The notes under the pieces are model-generated. The model did no database searches, was not told where the DNA came from, and saw only the letters and a list, made by a program, of their open reading frames with translations. Position numbers and translations under genes: made by a program. Positions 30,151-41,295 of a stretch of 64,000 bases of DNA are shown in pieces. The DNA comes from Acidobacteriota bacterium (GTDB lineage: Bacteria > Acidobacteriota > UBA6911 > RPQK01 > JADFOI01): positions 1,888,001-1,952,000 of the forward strand of contig OY760074.1 of assembly GCA_963663035.1 (NCBI GenBank), read 5' to 3'. Position 1 is the stretch's first letter; each line of letters starts with the position of its first letter.

Positions 30151-30839
30151 AGTTCGGAGTTGTCGTCTTTCCGGGTTCAAACTGCGATCACGATACCTAT
30201 CATGTGTTGAAGTCTGTGCTGGGACAGGAGACTGTTTTTTTGTGGCATCAGGATTCTGATCTGCAAGATGTCGACACCGTCATCATTCCAGGCGGCTTTT
30301 CTTACGGAGATTACCTGCGCAGTGGTGCCATTGCCAAGTTCTCTCCTGTTCTGGAGAGTGTGCGCCGGCACGCCCAGGAGGGGAAACTGGTGGTAGGGAT
30401 TTGCAACGGCTTTCAAATCCTGCAGGAGGCGGGACTCCTGCCCGGGGTCATGCTGCGAAATGCCGGCCTGAAGTTCGTGTGCCGACACATCTACCTGCTC
30501 ACTGAAAGCAATCAGACCTTCTTCACAGCCGCTTGCCAGAAGGGACAGGTTTTGAAGATCCCGATTGCCCACAACGACGGAAACTTTTTTATCTCTCCGG
30601 AGGAGTTGGCTGAACTTGAAGAAAACCGACAAATTCTCTTCCGCTACTCCGATGCCCAGGGGAACGTCACCCCGGCGGCAAATCCCAACGGCTCCCTGAA
30701 CAATATCGCTGGAGTGACCAACCGTAGCGGCAATGTTCTGGGCCTGATGCCTCATCCTGAACGCGCCTCAGAGTCTCTGTTAGGCTCACAGGACGGCCGC
30801 TTCATCTTCCAGTCCCTGATCAATGGAGTACAGCACTAA
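30147..30839 (+). CDS. purQ: FGAM synthase glutaminase PurQ
   Basis: [30 protein letters not shown]. Confidence 0.96.
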   Translation: MKFGVVVFPGSNCDHDTYHVLKSVLGQETVFLWHQDSDLQDVDTVIIPGGFSYGDYLRSGAIAKFSPVLESVRRHAQEGKLVVGICNGFQILQEAGLLPGVMLRNAGLKFVCRHIYLLTESNQTFFTAACQKGQVLKIPIAHNDGNFFISPEELAELEENRQILFRYSDAQGNVTPAANPNGSLNNIAGVTNRSGNVLGLMPHPERASESLLGSQDGRFIFQSLINGVQH

Positions 30840-33042
30840 AGTGGAGATGACCCTCGATCTCATCGAAAGCCACGGGCTGACGCCGCAAGAGTACCAGCAA
30901 ATCAAGAAGCGTTTAGGGCGTGAGCCCAATCTCACCGAACTGGGAATCTTCTCCGTGATGTGGTCGGAGCATTGCAGCTACAAGAGCTCGCGCTCCCACC
31001 TGAAAAAGCTTCCCACCGAGGGTCCATCGGTCATTCAAGGTCCGGGTGAAAACGCCGGTGTCATCGATATCGGAGACGGCTCAGCCGCTGTCTTCAAGAT
31101 AGAGTCACACAATCACCCGTCCTTTATCGAGCCCTATGAGGGAGCGGCTACCGGAGTGGGGGGCATCATTCGCGACATTTTTACCATGGGGGCCCGGCCC
31201 ATCGCTCTTCTGAATTCCCTGCATTTTGGACCTTTAGAGGAGGCCAGCAATCAATTGATTCTGGAGGGGGTTGTAGCCGGAATTGCCGGCTACGGCAACT
31301 GCATCGGAATCCCCACCGTGGGCGGAGAGATCCACTTCCAGGAGGCTTACAGTCACAATCCCCTGGTGAATGTCTTCTGCCTGGGCATTGCTCCTGCCGA
31401 TGAGATTTTTCTGGCCAGGGCTTCCGGAAACGGAAATTCCCTCATCTATGTGGGAGCCAAGACAGGACGCGATGGCATTCACGGCGTCACCATGGCTTCA
31501 GAGGAGTTCAGGGAAGACTCTGAGTCCAAGCGGCCCAACGTCCAGGTGGGTGACCCCTTTTTAGAGAAACTTCTTCTGGAAGCCTGTCTGGAAGCTATGC
31601 AGACCGGAGCTGTGGTCGGAATACAGGATATGGGCGGAGCCGGCCTGACCTGTTCCACCTGCGAGATGGGAAGCCGCGGGGAAGCGGGTGTTGCCATCGA
31701 ACTGGCCCGTGTTCCCCAGCGCGAGGAGAAGATGAGTCCTTACGAGATCATGCTTTCAGAATCCCAGGAGAGGATGTTACTCGTCGTCGAAAAGGGACGG
31801 CAGGAAGAGGTTCTTCAACTCTTTCGTAAATGGGATCTGGATGCAGTGGTCATCGGAGAAGTGTGTGAGGGCCGTAACCTGACCGTCTACGAGGACGGGC
31901 ACAAGATCGCGGAGATTCCCAACAGCGCTCTCGATGACGAAGCGCCCGTCTACAACCGCCCGGCTCGAAAACCTCACTATCTTGACCAGCTCCAAGGCTG
32001 GCAGGACCTGGATTTTCCAGAGCCTTCAGACTACAACGCCCTGTTGCTGGAGATGGCAGGGACCCCCCAACTGTGCAGCCGCCGCTGGGTCTACCAGCAA
32101 TATGACCACATGGTCCGCACCAATACGGCCATTCTGCCGGGAAGCGATGGGGCAGTGCTTCGTTTGAAGGGAAGCGCGGGTGGGCTGGCTGTGAGCCTGG
32201 ATGGGAACAGCCGTTTCAGCTATCTGGACCCCCGAATGGGCGCCATGCTGGCGGTCGCCGAGAGCTGCCGCAATGTGGTCTGCTGCGGAGCCCGTCCCCT
32301 TGGAGCAACCAACTGTTTGAACTTCGGCAGCCCCGAGAATCCAGAGGTGATGTGGCAGTTTATCCAGACCGTGGAGGGAATTGCCCGCGCCTGTGAAGTC
32401 TTCTCCACCCCCGTTACCGGCGGCAATGTCAGCTTCTACAACGAAACCAACGGCACCGCGATCCTCCCCACACCGGTACTGGGAATCGTGGGTAAGATTG
32501 ATGACCTCCAGAAGAGACGGGAATCGTACTTTAAGAATCCAGGAGATCAAGTCTATCTGCTGGGAGAAACCAGGGAAGAACTGGGCGGCAGCGTCTACCT
32601 GGAGCACCTGGGGTTGCCCCTGTGCGGGCCCTGCCCTGCCATCGATCTGGCTCAGGAGAAAGCCCTGCAAGAGGGGCTGCTTGCCTTGATCGATCAGGGA
32701 TTGATCGAATCGGCCCATGATGTTTCCGAAGGAGGGCTTGTGTTAGCGCTGGCTGAATGCTGTTTTGCCCGCAAGTGCGGCCTTCAGATTGAAGCTTCCA
32801 CAGCGCTGCGTCCCGATCATTACCTTTACAGTGAGACACCCAGCCGCATCGTGGTCTCGGTCAAAAAAGAGGGGGAAGCAAAGTTCCTGGAAGGGGTTTC
32901 GGGTCTTTCGGTGAGCAAGCTGGGAGAAGTGGTGGATCAAGGTTTCCAGATCTCAGTCAATGAGCAAACTTTGATCTCGATTCCCATTGAAAGTATATTT
33001 CAGGTCTGGAATAATTCTTTGGAGGAGGTTTTTGAACGTTGA
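30823..33042 (+). CDS. purL: FGAM synthase PurL
   Basis: [33 protein letters not shown]. Confidence 0.96.
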   Translation: MEYSTKVEMTLDLIESHGLTPQEYQQIKKRLGREPNLTELGIFSVMWSEHCSYKSSRSHLKKLPTEGPSVIQGPGENAGVIDIGDGSAAVFKIESHNHPSFIEPYEGAATGVGGIIRDIFTMGARPIALLNSLHFGPLEEASNQLILEGVVAGIAGYGNCIGIPTVGGEIHFQEAYSHNPLVNVFCLGIAPADEIFLARASGNGNSLIYVGAKTGRDGIHGVTMASEEFREDSESKRPNVQVGDPFLEKLLLEACLEAMQTGAVVGIQDMGGAGLTCSTCEMGSRGEAGVAIELARVPQREEKMSPYEIMLSESQERMLLVVEKGRQEEVLQLFRKWDLDAVVIGEVCEGRNLTVYEDGHKIAEIPNSALDDEAPVYNRPARKPHYLDQLQGWQDLDFPEPSDYNALLLEMAGTPQLCSRRWVYQQYDHMVRTNTAILPGSDGAVLRLKGSAGGLAVSLDGNSRFSYLDPRMGAMLAVAESCRNVVCCGARPLGATNCLNFGSPENPEVMWQFIQTVEGIARACEVFSTPVTGGNVSFYNETNGTAILPTPVLGIVGKIDDLQKRRESYFKNPGDQVYLLGETREELGGSVYLEHLGLPLCGPCPAIDLAQEKALQEGLLALIDQGLIESAHDVSEGGLVLALAECCFARKCGLQIEASTALRPDHYLYSETPSRIVVSVKKEGEAKFLEGVSGLSVSKLGEVVDQGFQISVNEQTLISIPIESIFQVWNNSLEEVFER

Positions 33043-34481
33043 CTAGAGAATTCCCGAACGACAAGTTCCACGACGAGTGTGGCGTGTTTGGAATCAACTC
33101 TTACGAGGACGCCGCCCGACACACCTACCTTGGCCTCTATGCACTCCAACATCGGGGACAGGAGTCGGCCGGGATCATCAGTACGGATGGATCAGAGCTC
33201 TACCAGGAGAAGGGTATGGGCTATGTGGCCGATGTCTTTGACGATCAGAAGCTCGGCGCACTGGTGGGGAAATCCGCTATTGGCCACGTGCGCTATTCGA
33301 CGGCCGGGGACACCTCCCTGGCCAATGCTCAGCCGATCGTCTCCGAGTCGTGGCGTGGCCCCATCGCTCTGGCACACAATGGAAACTTCGTCAACGTCCT
33401 TCGTCTTCGCCACAAACTGGAGAATGACGGAGCGAGCTTTCAAACCTCCAGTGACACTGAAGTCGTTCTGCACTTGCTTGCCCGCTCGCCCCAAGAAAAC
33501 CTCGACGAGGCCATTCAGGAAGTGCTCCAGCAACTCCAGGGAGCTTATTCCATGGTGCTGCTCACCACACACCAGCTTTACGCCATTCGGGACCCTTTCG
33601 GAGTTCGGCCGCTCTGTCTGGGCCGCATGGATGGTTCCTACACGGTAGCATCCGAGACTTGCGCCTTTGACCTCATCGGGGCCGAATACATCAGAGATGT
33701 TGCTCCTGGCGAAGTCCTGAAGATTGAGGCCGGGCAACTTCAGTCCTTTTTCCTCCCACCCGCCCCGCGACATGCCCACTGCATCTTTGAGCACGTCTAC
33801 TTCAGCCGTCCAGACAGCCAGGTCTTTAACAGAAGTGTTCACCGAAGCCGTTACGAGATGGGTCGAAGATTAGCACGAGAAGCTCCCGTGGAAGCAGACC
33901 TGGTGGTACCCGTTCCTGACTCGGGTATGACGGCTGCCTTGGGTTACTCGGAAGAGTCGGGAATCCCTTTCAACCTGGGCTTGATTCGCAACCACTATGT
34001 GGGCCGCACCTTCATTGAACCGAAACAGGCCATCCGCCATTTCGGCGTCAAAGTCAAGCTCAACCCCGTCAAGGAACTCCTTGAAAATAAGAGAGTTATA
34101 CTCATCGACGATTCCATTGTCCGGGGGACCACGAGTCGCAAGATTGTTGAGTTGGTTCGATCCGCCGGAGCCACCGAAGTCCATTTAAGAATCAGTTCCC
34201 CTCCCACCATCTCTCCTTGTTATTACGGGATAGACACCCCCACCCATGGGGAGCTGATTGGAGCCAATAAAACCGTGGAAGAGATCCTTGAATTCACCCG
34301 TGCAGACACTCTCCACTACCTCTCTCTTGAAGGTATGAAAGAGGCTGTCTCCGATGAACAAAACTTCTGCAGCGCTTGCTTTGATGCCCAATACCCCATT
34401 TCCATCTCCTTGGAAACTTCTCAAAAGAGCCTCTTCGAGTTGGAGAGGGTGGCGGTGCCTGAACCCACGACGAGCTCATGA
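33039..34481 (+). CDS. purF: amidophosphoribosyltransferase
   Basis: [28 protein letters not shown]. Confidence 0.96.
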   Translation: MTREFPNDKFHDECGVFGINSYEDAARHTYLGLYALQHRGQESAGIISTDGSELYQEKGMGYVADVFDDQKLGALVGKSAIGHVRYSTAGDTSLANAQPIVSESWRGPIALAHNGNFVNVLRLRHKLENDGASFQTSSDTEVVLHLLARSPQENLDEAIQEVLQQLQGAYSMVLLTTHQLYAIRDPFGVRPLCLGRMDGSYTVASETCAFDLIGAEYIRDVAPGEVLKIEAGQLQSFFLPPAPRHAHCIFEHVYFSRPDSQVFNRSVHRSRYEMGRRLAREAPVEADLVVPVPDSGMTAALGYSEESGIPFNLGLIRNHYVGRTFIEPKQAIRHFGVKVKLNPVKELLENKRVILIDDSIVRGTTSRKIVELVRSAGATEVHLRISSPPTISPCYYGIDTPTHGELIGANKTVEEILEFTRADTLHYLSLEGMKEAVSDEQNFCSACFDAQYPISISLETSQKSLFELERVAVPEPTTSS

Positions 34482-35518
34482 GTCAAGACTCAGGTCTGAC
34501 CTACAGTGACAGCGGCGTCGACATCGATCGCGCCAATCAGGCCAAAGAACGCATCAAAGAACTGGCCCGCTCCACCTTCAACTCGGCGGTGATGAGCGAA
34601 ATCGGTGCATTTGCCGGATTGTACCGGCTCGATTTGAGCAATTTCCAAAAGCCGGTTCTGGTCTCCACTACCGACAGCGTGGGAACCAAGCTAAAGCTCG
34701 CCTTTTTGACAGGCATCCACAACACGGTCGGGATTGATATCGTCTCCCACTGCACCAACGACATCCTGGCTCAAAGGGCCTTCCCCATCTTCTTCCTGGA
34801 CTACATTGGAATAGGGACCCTGGAGCCTGAAGTGGTCGAGCAGATCGTTCAAGGCCTGGTTGAGGGCTGTTCACAGTCGGACTGTGCCCTGCTGGGCGGG
34901 GAGACTGCCGAGTTGCCCGATTTCTATCAGGTCGGGGAATACGATCTGGTGGGGTTCATGGTGGGTCTGGCTGATGAGTTTAAAATACGCGACTCCGGTA
35001 AGGTCCAAAAGGGGGATGTCTTGATCGGGCTCCCCTCCTCAGGCCTTCACACCAATGGCTATTCTCTGGTCAGAAAGCTCTTCTTCGAGCAGGAGAAGCT
35101 CAAGATTGACACCCACCTGGAGGAGCTGGGCAAAACGGTGGGCGAGGAGCTGCTGGTCCCCCACCGCAACTACCTGCCGGTGATCAAGGAACTGCTTCAG
35201 AGCGACGACCTGCACGCACTGGCCCACATCACCGGAGGAGGCATTACCGAGAATCTGCCTCGGGTTCTGCCCCCCCATCTAGACGCTCGAATCGAGCGGG
35301 GAACCTGGGAAGTTCTCCCCATCTTCTCTTTCATTCGGGAGCGGGGGAAGGTTGAGACCGAGGAGATGTACCGGACCTTCAACATGGGACTGGGGATGAT
35401 TCTGGTCGCCGACAGAGAGCGGGCCCAGCGGGTACAGGATTTTCTGGCGGCCCGCAATGAGCGGTTCTACCTGATTGGCGAGATCACAGACGGTAGCGGA
35501 AAGGTTCAGTACCAATGA
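34478..35518 (+). CDS. purM: AIR synthase
   Basis: YSDSGVD, DSVGTKL, GGETAE, SSGLHTNG, AHITGGG, FNMG. Confidence 0.96.
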   Translation: MSQDSGLTYSDSGVDIDRANQAKERIKELARSTFNSAVMSEIGAFAGLYRLDLSNFQKPVLVSTTDSVGTKLKLAFLTGIHNTVGIDIVSHCTNDILAQRAFPIFFLDYIGIGTLEPEVVEQIVQGLVEGCSQSDCALLGGETAELPDFYQVGEYDLVGFMVGLADEFKIRDSGKVQKGDVLIGLPSSGLHTNGYSLVRKLFFEQEKLKIDTHLEELGKTVGEELLVPHRNYLPVIKELLQSDDLHALAHITGGGITENLPRVLPPHLDARIERGTWEVLPIFSFIRERGKVETEEMYRTFNMGLGMILVADRERAQRVQDFLAARNERFYLIGEITDGSGKVQYQ

Positions 35519-36114
35519 AGCAGGTCGCCATTTTGCTCAGTGGCCGGGGATCCAACTTTCTAGCCCTCTCAGATGCTATTGAGGCCGGTGATATTCCCGC
35601 TCGCATCGCTCTGGTTGTCTCCAACAGACCCGATGCCCCGGGTCTCCAGCACGCCCAGGAGCGTAACTACAAGGCCATTTGCATTCCATCAGCCGGTCTT
35701 GAGCGGGAAGCCTATGACCGTCAGGTGGTCAAGGAGATGCATGCCGCCCAGGTGGACATCGTCTGTTTGGCAGGTTTTATGCGACTTTTGAGTCCCTGGT
35801 TCGTGCAACAGTACCCTCTCGGCATCCTCAACATTCATCCTTCCCTTCTTCCCGCCTTTCCCGGCTTACATGCCCAGAGGGACGCTCTCGAGTGGGGGGC
35901 GAAGGTCAGCGGCTGTACGGTCCATTTTGTGGACGAAGACCTGGACCACGGTCCCATCCTCCTGCAGCATGCGGTCTCTGTCCTGGATGATGATACCGAG
36001 GAAACGCTCTCGGAGCGCATTTTGCAGCACGAGCACCAGATCTACCCGGCAGCTCTCAAGCTGGTGTGTGAGGAGAGGGTCCGTTTGGAGGGACGGCGGG
36101 TGCTCACTCGCTAG
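35515..36114 (+). CDS. purN: GAR transformylase
   Basis: SGRGSN, LAGFMR, NIHPSLLP, DHGPI. Confidence 0.96.
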   Translation: MKQVAILLSGRGSNFLALSDAIEAGDIPARIALVVSNRPDAPGLQHAQERNYKAICIPSAGLEREAYDRQVVKEMHAAQVDIVCLAGFMRLLSPWFVQQYPLGILNIHPSLLPAFPGLHAQRDALEWGAKVSGCTVHFVDEDLDHGPILLQHAVSVLDDDTEETLSERILQHEHQIYPAALKLVCEERVRLEGRRVLTR

Positions 36115-36261
36115 CCCGGATCATGCATAAATTCTCTACTGCAGCGACAAAATCATCCGCCCTGCCAGCGTTGCACGACCCGCACAAGCGGGTACCCCTC
36201 GCGCGCCTTGTCAGGCCGGCGCCTTCGCCGCTTCATAACGAGAACCTATGCTTAATCCGGG
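36115..36261. mobile_element. 147-bp MITE with IS1380-like ends
   Basis: Ends CCCGGATCATGCATAAATTCT / CCCGGATTAAGCATAGGTTCT (revcomp) resemble IS1380 end CCCGGATTATTCATAAATTCT; flanks CTAG / CTTG. Confidence 0.72.
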
Positions 36262-36271
36262 CTTGCCGACT

Positions 36272-36793
36272 TCACTCCACCTCCATGAGGCGCGTTCTTT
36301 CCCCTTCCGCCCACTCACAGATCACCCCGATATCCTCCTCACCGAGGTGAGACTCATCATGCATCCACTGGTAGGGGCGAGTGGGCATGTCTCCCGTTTT
36401 GACCAGCTCACATGTTTCCTCCAGCAGGCGGATGACCTCTTCCCTGTCATAGTTTGTCCAGTCGGAAAAATTCATGTGGCTGCGCCCCAGGTTGACATTG
36501 TCGATGACAAACCAGGAAACGGGAGCCACGCTGCTGTACCAGGGCCACTCGGTCTTGTGAGAATGACAGTTCTGGCAGGCGCGCTCGAAAAGGGCGCTGA
36601 CTTGAGAAGTGACCTTCAGATGCGCTTCAACGGGTCGCAGTGGATCGATGGGAGGGTTTGATTTCTCAGGCCCCAGGAACTGGATCAGCAGAAGAAAAGC
36701 TGGCACTCCAATCACAATCCGCTTCCTTGCCTTTATGTGGTTTCCTCGAAGAGAGTTCAGCTTAGACTCCTCATATTTACAGCCGGGTGCCAA
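36272..36793 (-). CDS. heme-binding domain (cytochrome c-like) protein
   Basis: ACQNCHS (CxxCH), WPWYSSVAP, NFSDW; start uncertain. Confidence 0.78.
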   Translation of the reverse strand: MAPGCKYEESKLNSLRGNHIKARKRIVIGVPAFLLLIQFLGPEKSNPPIDPLRPVEAHLKVTSQVSALFERACQNCHSHKTEWPWYSSVAPVSWFVIDNVNLGRSHMNFSDWTNYDREEVIRLLEETCELVKTGDMPTRPYQWMHDESHLGEEDIGVICEWAEGERTRLMEVE

Positions 36794-36839
36794 GAGTTAT
36801 TTCAGGATCTGACCCCTTCTGTCAACCCGGCCGGCTGCC

Positions 36840-36868
36840 TTGAATTGAGGGAAACCCTTAGCTATACT
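36840..36868 (+). promoter_or_regulatory. sigma70-like promoter for tRNA-Ile
   Basis: TTGAAT-N17-TATACT ending 19 nt before the tRNA. Confidence 0.6.
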
Positions 36869-36887
36869 TCACTTCCGCTTACACTGT

Positions 36888-36965
<78 letters not shown>

Positions 36966-36973
36966 AGAGAATC

Positions 36974-38274
36974 AGGGTGCATTCCGGACACATAGGTTAC
37001 AGTTTATTCCGAAGACATAGGTAACACCTTTGCACCAAAAGGGTTATTTATAGGTTCAAACCTTCTACTGTCTTCGTCAAAGTAACCGAGGTCGTATTCC
37101 ATAAACGACACCAGCCAAATTTTCTCTTTGACCTCTTTGATTCCAACATCTTGACCAGCAAACACCGTGCTGAAGTTGATCTTTTGACTTTTCATACAGA
37201 TTCTGCCGCAGCTGGTGACGGTCACGGTGCGATCGTGCATGGGGTACTCGACGCGCCCGATTCCTCGGTAGGGACAAGATGCGGGAGTATAGACCTCGGA
37301 CGGAAACTTCATGCCCAGGGCCTCATGAGGTCTCTCAGTATTGTATTCCGCCTGAAAGGCATTAAACCTCTCTTGCTGCTGAAGAAGGTTGTGGGCAGCG
37401 GGAACGACTGTGGCCTTCTTGAGGGTGAGATGAAGGCGCTCATGCCTTCCGTTCTGCTCGGGATGGCCGGGCTTGATCCTCTCGATTCGGATTCCTAGCC
37501 TAAGCCACCAGACGGCCAGTCGACTGAGTCCAAACAATCCGTTGGGTGATGCAAAAGGGACTCCGTTGTCCGTGCGGATCGCTTCCGGCAAACCTAACTC
37601 TTGAAAGGTTCTCTCGAATACGGGGAAAGCACCTCTTTCCTTAACACTGTCGAGAGCCTCGATGGCGAGCAGATAACGGCTGGCGTGATCGCTCACGGTG
37701 AGAGGATAACAGTACCGTTTGTCTCCCAGCATGAACTCTCCTTTGAAGTCGGCAGACCAAAGGTCATTGGGATTCTGGCTGCTGGACAATCGAGTCCCCT
37801 CTGCCTTGAACCGTCGCCGTTTTCTACAGTTCACCAGGCCGTTGCGATCCAGAACCGCGTGAACTGTGCTCACCGCAGGCGGCCGTACATTCGGAAACCT
37901 ACGAATCAGGAGCGCCCGAATCTTGGGAGCTCCCCAATACGGCTTCTCTCGCTTTAGCCTGACCAGGGTCCGTTCCACCTGTTCGGGCAGTTGGTTTCCG
38001 TAACGATGCGGCTTGCGGCTCCGATCCACCAGGGCGTAAGCGCCGGTGTTTTGATAGCGGTTCCAAATCTTGTAGCCCGTCTTTCTGGATATCCCAAACT
38101 CCTCACACAGACGGCTCATGGACTCCCCATCCAACAGCTTCGCTATAAATCTCATTCTCTCGTCCATCACACAGATCTCCTTCCATGGCATCTCTGGGCA
38201 CCTCCCAGAAGAAGCCTATAAGTGTTACCCATGTGTCCGGTATAATTTGTTACCCATCTCTCGGAATGGGCACA
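36974..38274 (-). mobile_element. IS481-family insertion sequence
   Basis: Both ends carry repeated (CC)GGACACAT(A/G)GGT(T/A)ACA-type motifs; right end ...GGCACA; left boundary approximate. Confidence 0.82.
37004..38191 (-). CDS. IS481-family transposase (rve integrase core)
   Basis: MPWKE, GISRKTGYK HTH, WSADFKG, TDNG, NGRHER. Confidence 0.92.
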   Translation of the reverse strand: MPWKEICVMDERMRFIAKLLDGESMSRLCEEFGISRKTGYKIWNRYQNTGAYALVDRSRKPHRYGNQLPEQVERTLVRLKREKPYWGAPKIRALLIRRFPNVRPPAVSTVHAVLDRNGLVNCRKRRRFKAEGTRLSSSQNPNDLWSADFKGEFMLGDKRYCYPLTVSDHASRYLLAIEALDSVKERGAFPVFERTFQELGLPEAIRTDNGVPFASPNGLFGLSRLAVWWLRLGIRIERIKPGHPEQNGRHERLHLTLKKATVVPAAHNLLQQQERFNAFQAEYNTERPHEALGMKFPSEVYTPASCPYRGIGRVEYPMHDRTVTVTSCGRICMKSQKINFSTVFAGQDVGIKEVKEKIWLVSFMEYDLGYFDEDSRRFEPINNPFGAKVLPMSSE

Positions 38275-38420
38275 ATTCACTTAGCGTGACTGCTTCTTCC
38301 CTGCATTTTCCCCTGTGTCAGTAAAAGGTACTCAGGACCAAGGCGAATTGTGGAAGCAGGGCCGTAGGGCAGGTTCTTCTTGCGTCTTATGCGGACAATC
38401 GGGATGTTATACTGATCAAT

Positions 38421-38897
38421 ATGAACTCCTTTCGGAGCAATAAGATGCGCGTTTCTCGACTTATTCTTAAGGTATTAACTCTAAGTTGTATATTGTCAGG
38501 TGCATCCGCACCTTTGGCCAAAGCGGTGCAGGACACTGACGATTGCGTGAGCTCGGGGTACACGCTGCCTTGGATGGCAAAGCCAGTTCTTAGAGTTGAG
38601 GCCCAAGGCTGTTTGGACACCCGCAAAGGCCATGTCAGTCTTGAAGAGATGCTCCCCTCTGGGGGATGGAACCCTCTCACCGAACTTGTCGTCGATTTGG
38701 AACCAGGCGAGGTGGTCTGGGGCAGGTTTTGCTCGCGCGATGACGTGCACAACGCCGAACTGGTCGCCGCTGGTCCTAGGAGCGCCAAAGATTGCTTCAT
38801 GATCGAAACTCCTCGCCTTGCCTGGAGGGTCGATCAACAGCTGAAACGATTGGAGCCGATTGATCCTGAAGGCATCGTTTGTGACAGTCCATGTTAA
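38421..38897 (+). CDS. hypothetical secreted Cys-containing protein
   Basis: Signal-peptide-like N-terminus; six Cys in the mature part; no family recognised. Confidence 0.5.
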   Translation: MNSFRSNKMRVSRLILKVLTLSCILSGASAPLAKAVQDTDDCVSSGYTLPWMAKPVLRVEAQGCLDTRKGHVSLEEMLPSGGWNPLTELVVDLEPGEVVWGRFCSRDDVHNAELVAAGPRSAKDCFMIETPRLAWRVDQQLKRLEPIDPEGIVCDSPC

Positions 38898-39032
38898 CGG
38901 TGCCTGTGTCCAATATCGCCTAACAACACGTTCCAGCCGACTCACCGGCTGCTCACAGCCCGCCAAGATGGAATAGACTGCTTTTCTTTCCCTGGTATCC
39001 ATCACGAGACGCCAATAGACCGCACCTCATCG

Positions 39033-39725
39033 ATGCGATACCATGACCCAGACATGACATCTCGGCTCCAGAGCGGCCTGCTTTTGATGAAGGCTGTCTT
39101 GATGATCGTGTTGATTTTGATCGCCTTCTCGGTCCAAGCACAGAGGCCAGAACCCATCTCTCAAACATTTGAGGTGGGTCAAACCATTCTTGCTTACATC
39201 TCCCAGGAGGATCCCGCCTATCGGCCGGGAGACCGCGCCCTGGCTGAATGGGCGTTGGAGGCGTGGAGAAAGGCCAGCGGTGGAACCCTTGAGTTTGAGA
39301 TTGTGGAAGAGGAGCGGGCTCTGTTGCGCCTCTATTGGGTTTCCCCCCAGGGAAGTCGTTACGGGGAAATGCGCCCAATTTTGGTGCAGGGCAGCCGGGG
39401 GGCTGCAGTCTTCGTGAGATCGGAAGTTGAGGGCTTGGGAGCTGAGATCGATGCCCTGGCTCGAGAAGACTCGCTCTTTAGGGACACCGTAGTCTATCTC
39501 ACGTGCCTGCACGAGATAGGGCACGCCCTTGGGCTGAAACACAGCGCCAACTTCGAGGACATCATGTTCTTCTTCGGCTATGGCGGGGACATCCTGAATT
39601 ACTTTCTGAGGTACCGCCAGAAGCTTCAAAGGCGTGAAGACATTTCGCGGCACTGGGGCCTTTCGGAAGTGGACATTCGGCACCTCCGCCGCCTCTACCC
39701 TCCATCTGACCTTGACGCATTTTGA
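39033..39725 (+). CDS. matrixin-like (metzincin) zinc metalloprotease
   Basis: HEIGHALGLKH (HExxHxxGxxH), Met-turn DIMF, signal peptide. Confidence 0.8.
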   Translation: MRYHDPDMTSRLQSGLLLMKAVLMIVLILIAFSVQAQRPEPISQTFEVGQTILAYISQEDPAYRPGDRALAEWALEAWRKASGGTLEFEIVEEERALLRLYWVSPQGSRYGEMRPILVQGSRGAAVFVRSEVEGLGAEIDALAREDSLFRDTVVYLTCLHEIGHALGLKHSANFEDIMFFFGYGGDILNYFLRYRQKLQRREDISRHWGLSEVDIRHLRRLYPPSDLDAF

Positions 39726-39751
39726 GAAGCATCGTCTAGTGTGTCATTTAA

Positions 39752-39839
39752 GGCATCTCTGGACACCTCCCAAAAGAAGCCTAAAGGTGTTACCCATGTG
39801 TCCGGCATAATTGATTACCCATCTCTTGGAATGGGCACA
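39752..39839 (-). mobile_element. orphan second copy of the IS481 transposase-5' end
   Basis: Diverged direct repeat of ~38187-38274, ending GGAATGGGCACA. Confidence 0.8.
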
Positions 39840-40082
39840 ATCACTTCCAGCAATCTCTGATCCACCAAACGTTGCTGGGTGACAGCAATCACGGTTTTCC
39901 ATCCTGCCAGAGGGTACCCTGATTGCAAGATAGGCCATTTCAGAAAACAAAAACCGACTCGCAAGGGATCCTGCTTCAGAGCGCTGCGCATAAGGGCCAA
40001 ACAGCCCGCGCTTTGAATTGGGTGTCATGGTAACGGACCGCATACCTGTCCAGGCGAGTAAAGAGAACACAGGGAGAAAGTT

Positions 40083-40691
40083 ATGCTTAGACGAGTGACA
40101 CTCTTTGCCGTTGTTGTGCTCATAGCGCTGACGGGCACCTTTGCCCAGACTCCCGCCGAAATGACCCTGAGTGGAGTGTTATTGCTCAACGTTCCTTTTG
40201 ATCGGGACAACGACGATGACGACGATGACGACGATGATGCGGGCCAGACTCCCCAAGGAGGCAACTGCCCCTGCAATTACGACGTCGCCTTCTGGACCGA
40301 GCCGAGCTTGGAAACCCCCATCTTACGGACAGAAGGTCTTACAGCCTGCGACCCGGCGAGTACCTCCATCAACACTTGTTTTACTTGCAAGATTACGATG
40401 TGGTCCTTCGACACAACCACATTCCTGAGCAAAGTCGTGGACCTTTGGGACGGTGACACCCGCGCCAGGCAGGATGCTCTCTTTTTCTTCGCTACTGAGC
40501 CCTCGCCTGAACCTCCTTCAGTTGGAGCATGTTTCGCTGAAGGTTCCGTCGACTCCGACATTTTCTACGCCACCTTCAACCCATCAACACAAGAAGACGG
40601 TGAGTTGCCTGTGATAAACGCCCAATTTCCCATGTGCCTGTCAGATCTGACAGCATTGCAGGAAGCGTTTCTCGCCCTATGCCCGCAGTGA
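40083..40691 (+). CDS. hypothetical secreted acidic protein with poly-Asp tract and 8 Cys
   Basis: Signal peptide, GGGAG RBS, DRDNDDDDDDDDD tract. Confidence 0.6.
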   Translation: MLRRVTLFAVVVLIALTGTFAQTPAEMTLSGVLLLNVPFDRDNDDDDDDDDDAGQTPQGGNCPCNYDVAFWTEPSLETPILRTEGLTACDPASTSINTCFTCKITMWSFDTTTFLSKVVDLWDGDTRARQDALFFFATEPSPEPPSVGACFAEGSVDSDIFYATFNPSTQEDGELPVINAQFPMCLSDLTALQEAFLALCPQ

Positions 40692-40816
40692 CGGGCCGGA
40701 GCGGTTCTCAGGCATCTCGTATCTGCTTCCATGGTCTCCTGGTGTGATGAGCATCACTGCGATCTTGATCGGATCGGTCCATAGTGTTCCCTGTTGAACC
40801 AGAGGAGGGAAAAGTC

Positions 40817-41281
40817 ATGCCTTATCGCTTCCCGTTTGCTTTCGTGGTCTTCTTTTTATCAGCCAGCCTGCTTTTCGTAGTCCCGTTAAATGCGAGGGTA
40901 CAGAAAGGCAAATCGAAAAGCGCTCATGAGGCTCATGAGAAAGGAGATGGAGTGGCCGTCTCAGTCTCAGTCCGTGTTTTCGGGGACAGCCAGGAAGCCA
41001 TTATCCGTGACTGGTTTTCCAACCGGAAGAATTTGGAAGGCCTGCCACCCGGATTGGCGAAACGCGAAGAACTTCCTGCTGGGCTGAAGCGTCAAATGAA
41101 GAGAAACGGAAGTTTACCTCCTGGATTGGAAAAGCACCTTCACCCGCTGCCGCTGGATCTGGAGGACTTACTGCCCGAGCTATCTGAGGGCGTTGTACGA
41201 GTCATCATCGGAGTCGATATCGTACTTCTTGACAAGACCTCGAACCTCATCCTGGATATTGTTGGCGAAGTCTTTTTCTAA
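40817..41281 (+). CDS. secreted LPPGL-repeat protein (RcnB-like)
   Basis: GAGGAGG RBS; LPPGLAK / LPAGLK / LPPGLEK repeats. Confidence 0.6.
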   Translation: MPYRFPFAFVVFFLSASLLFVVPLNARVQKGKSKSAHEAHEKGDGVAVSVSVRVFGDSQEAIIRDWFSNRKNLEGLPPGLAKREELPAGLKRQMKRNGSLPPGLEKHLHPLPLDLEDLLPELSEGVVRVIIGVDIVLLDKTSNLILDIVGEVFF

Positions 41282-41295
41282 GTCAGTGAACGCTA

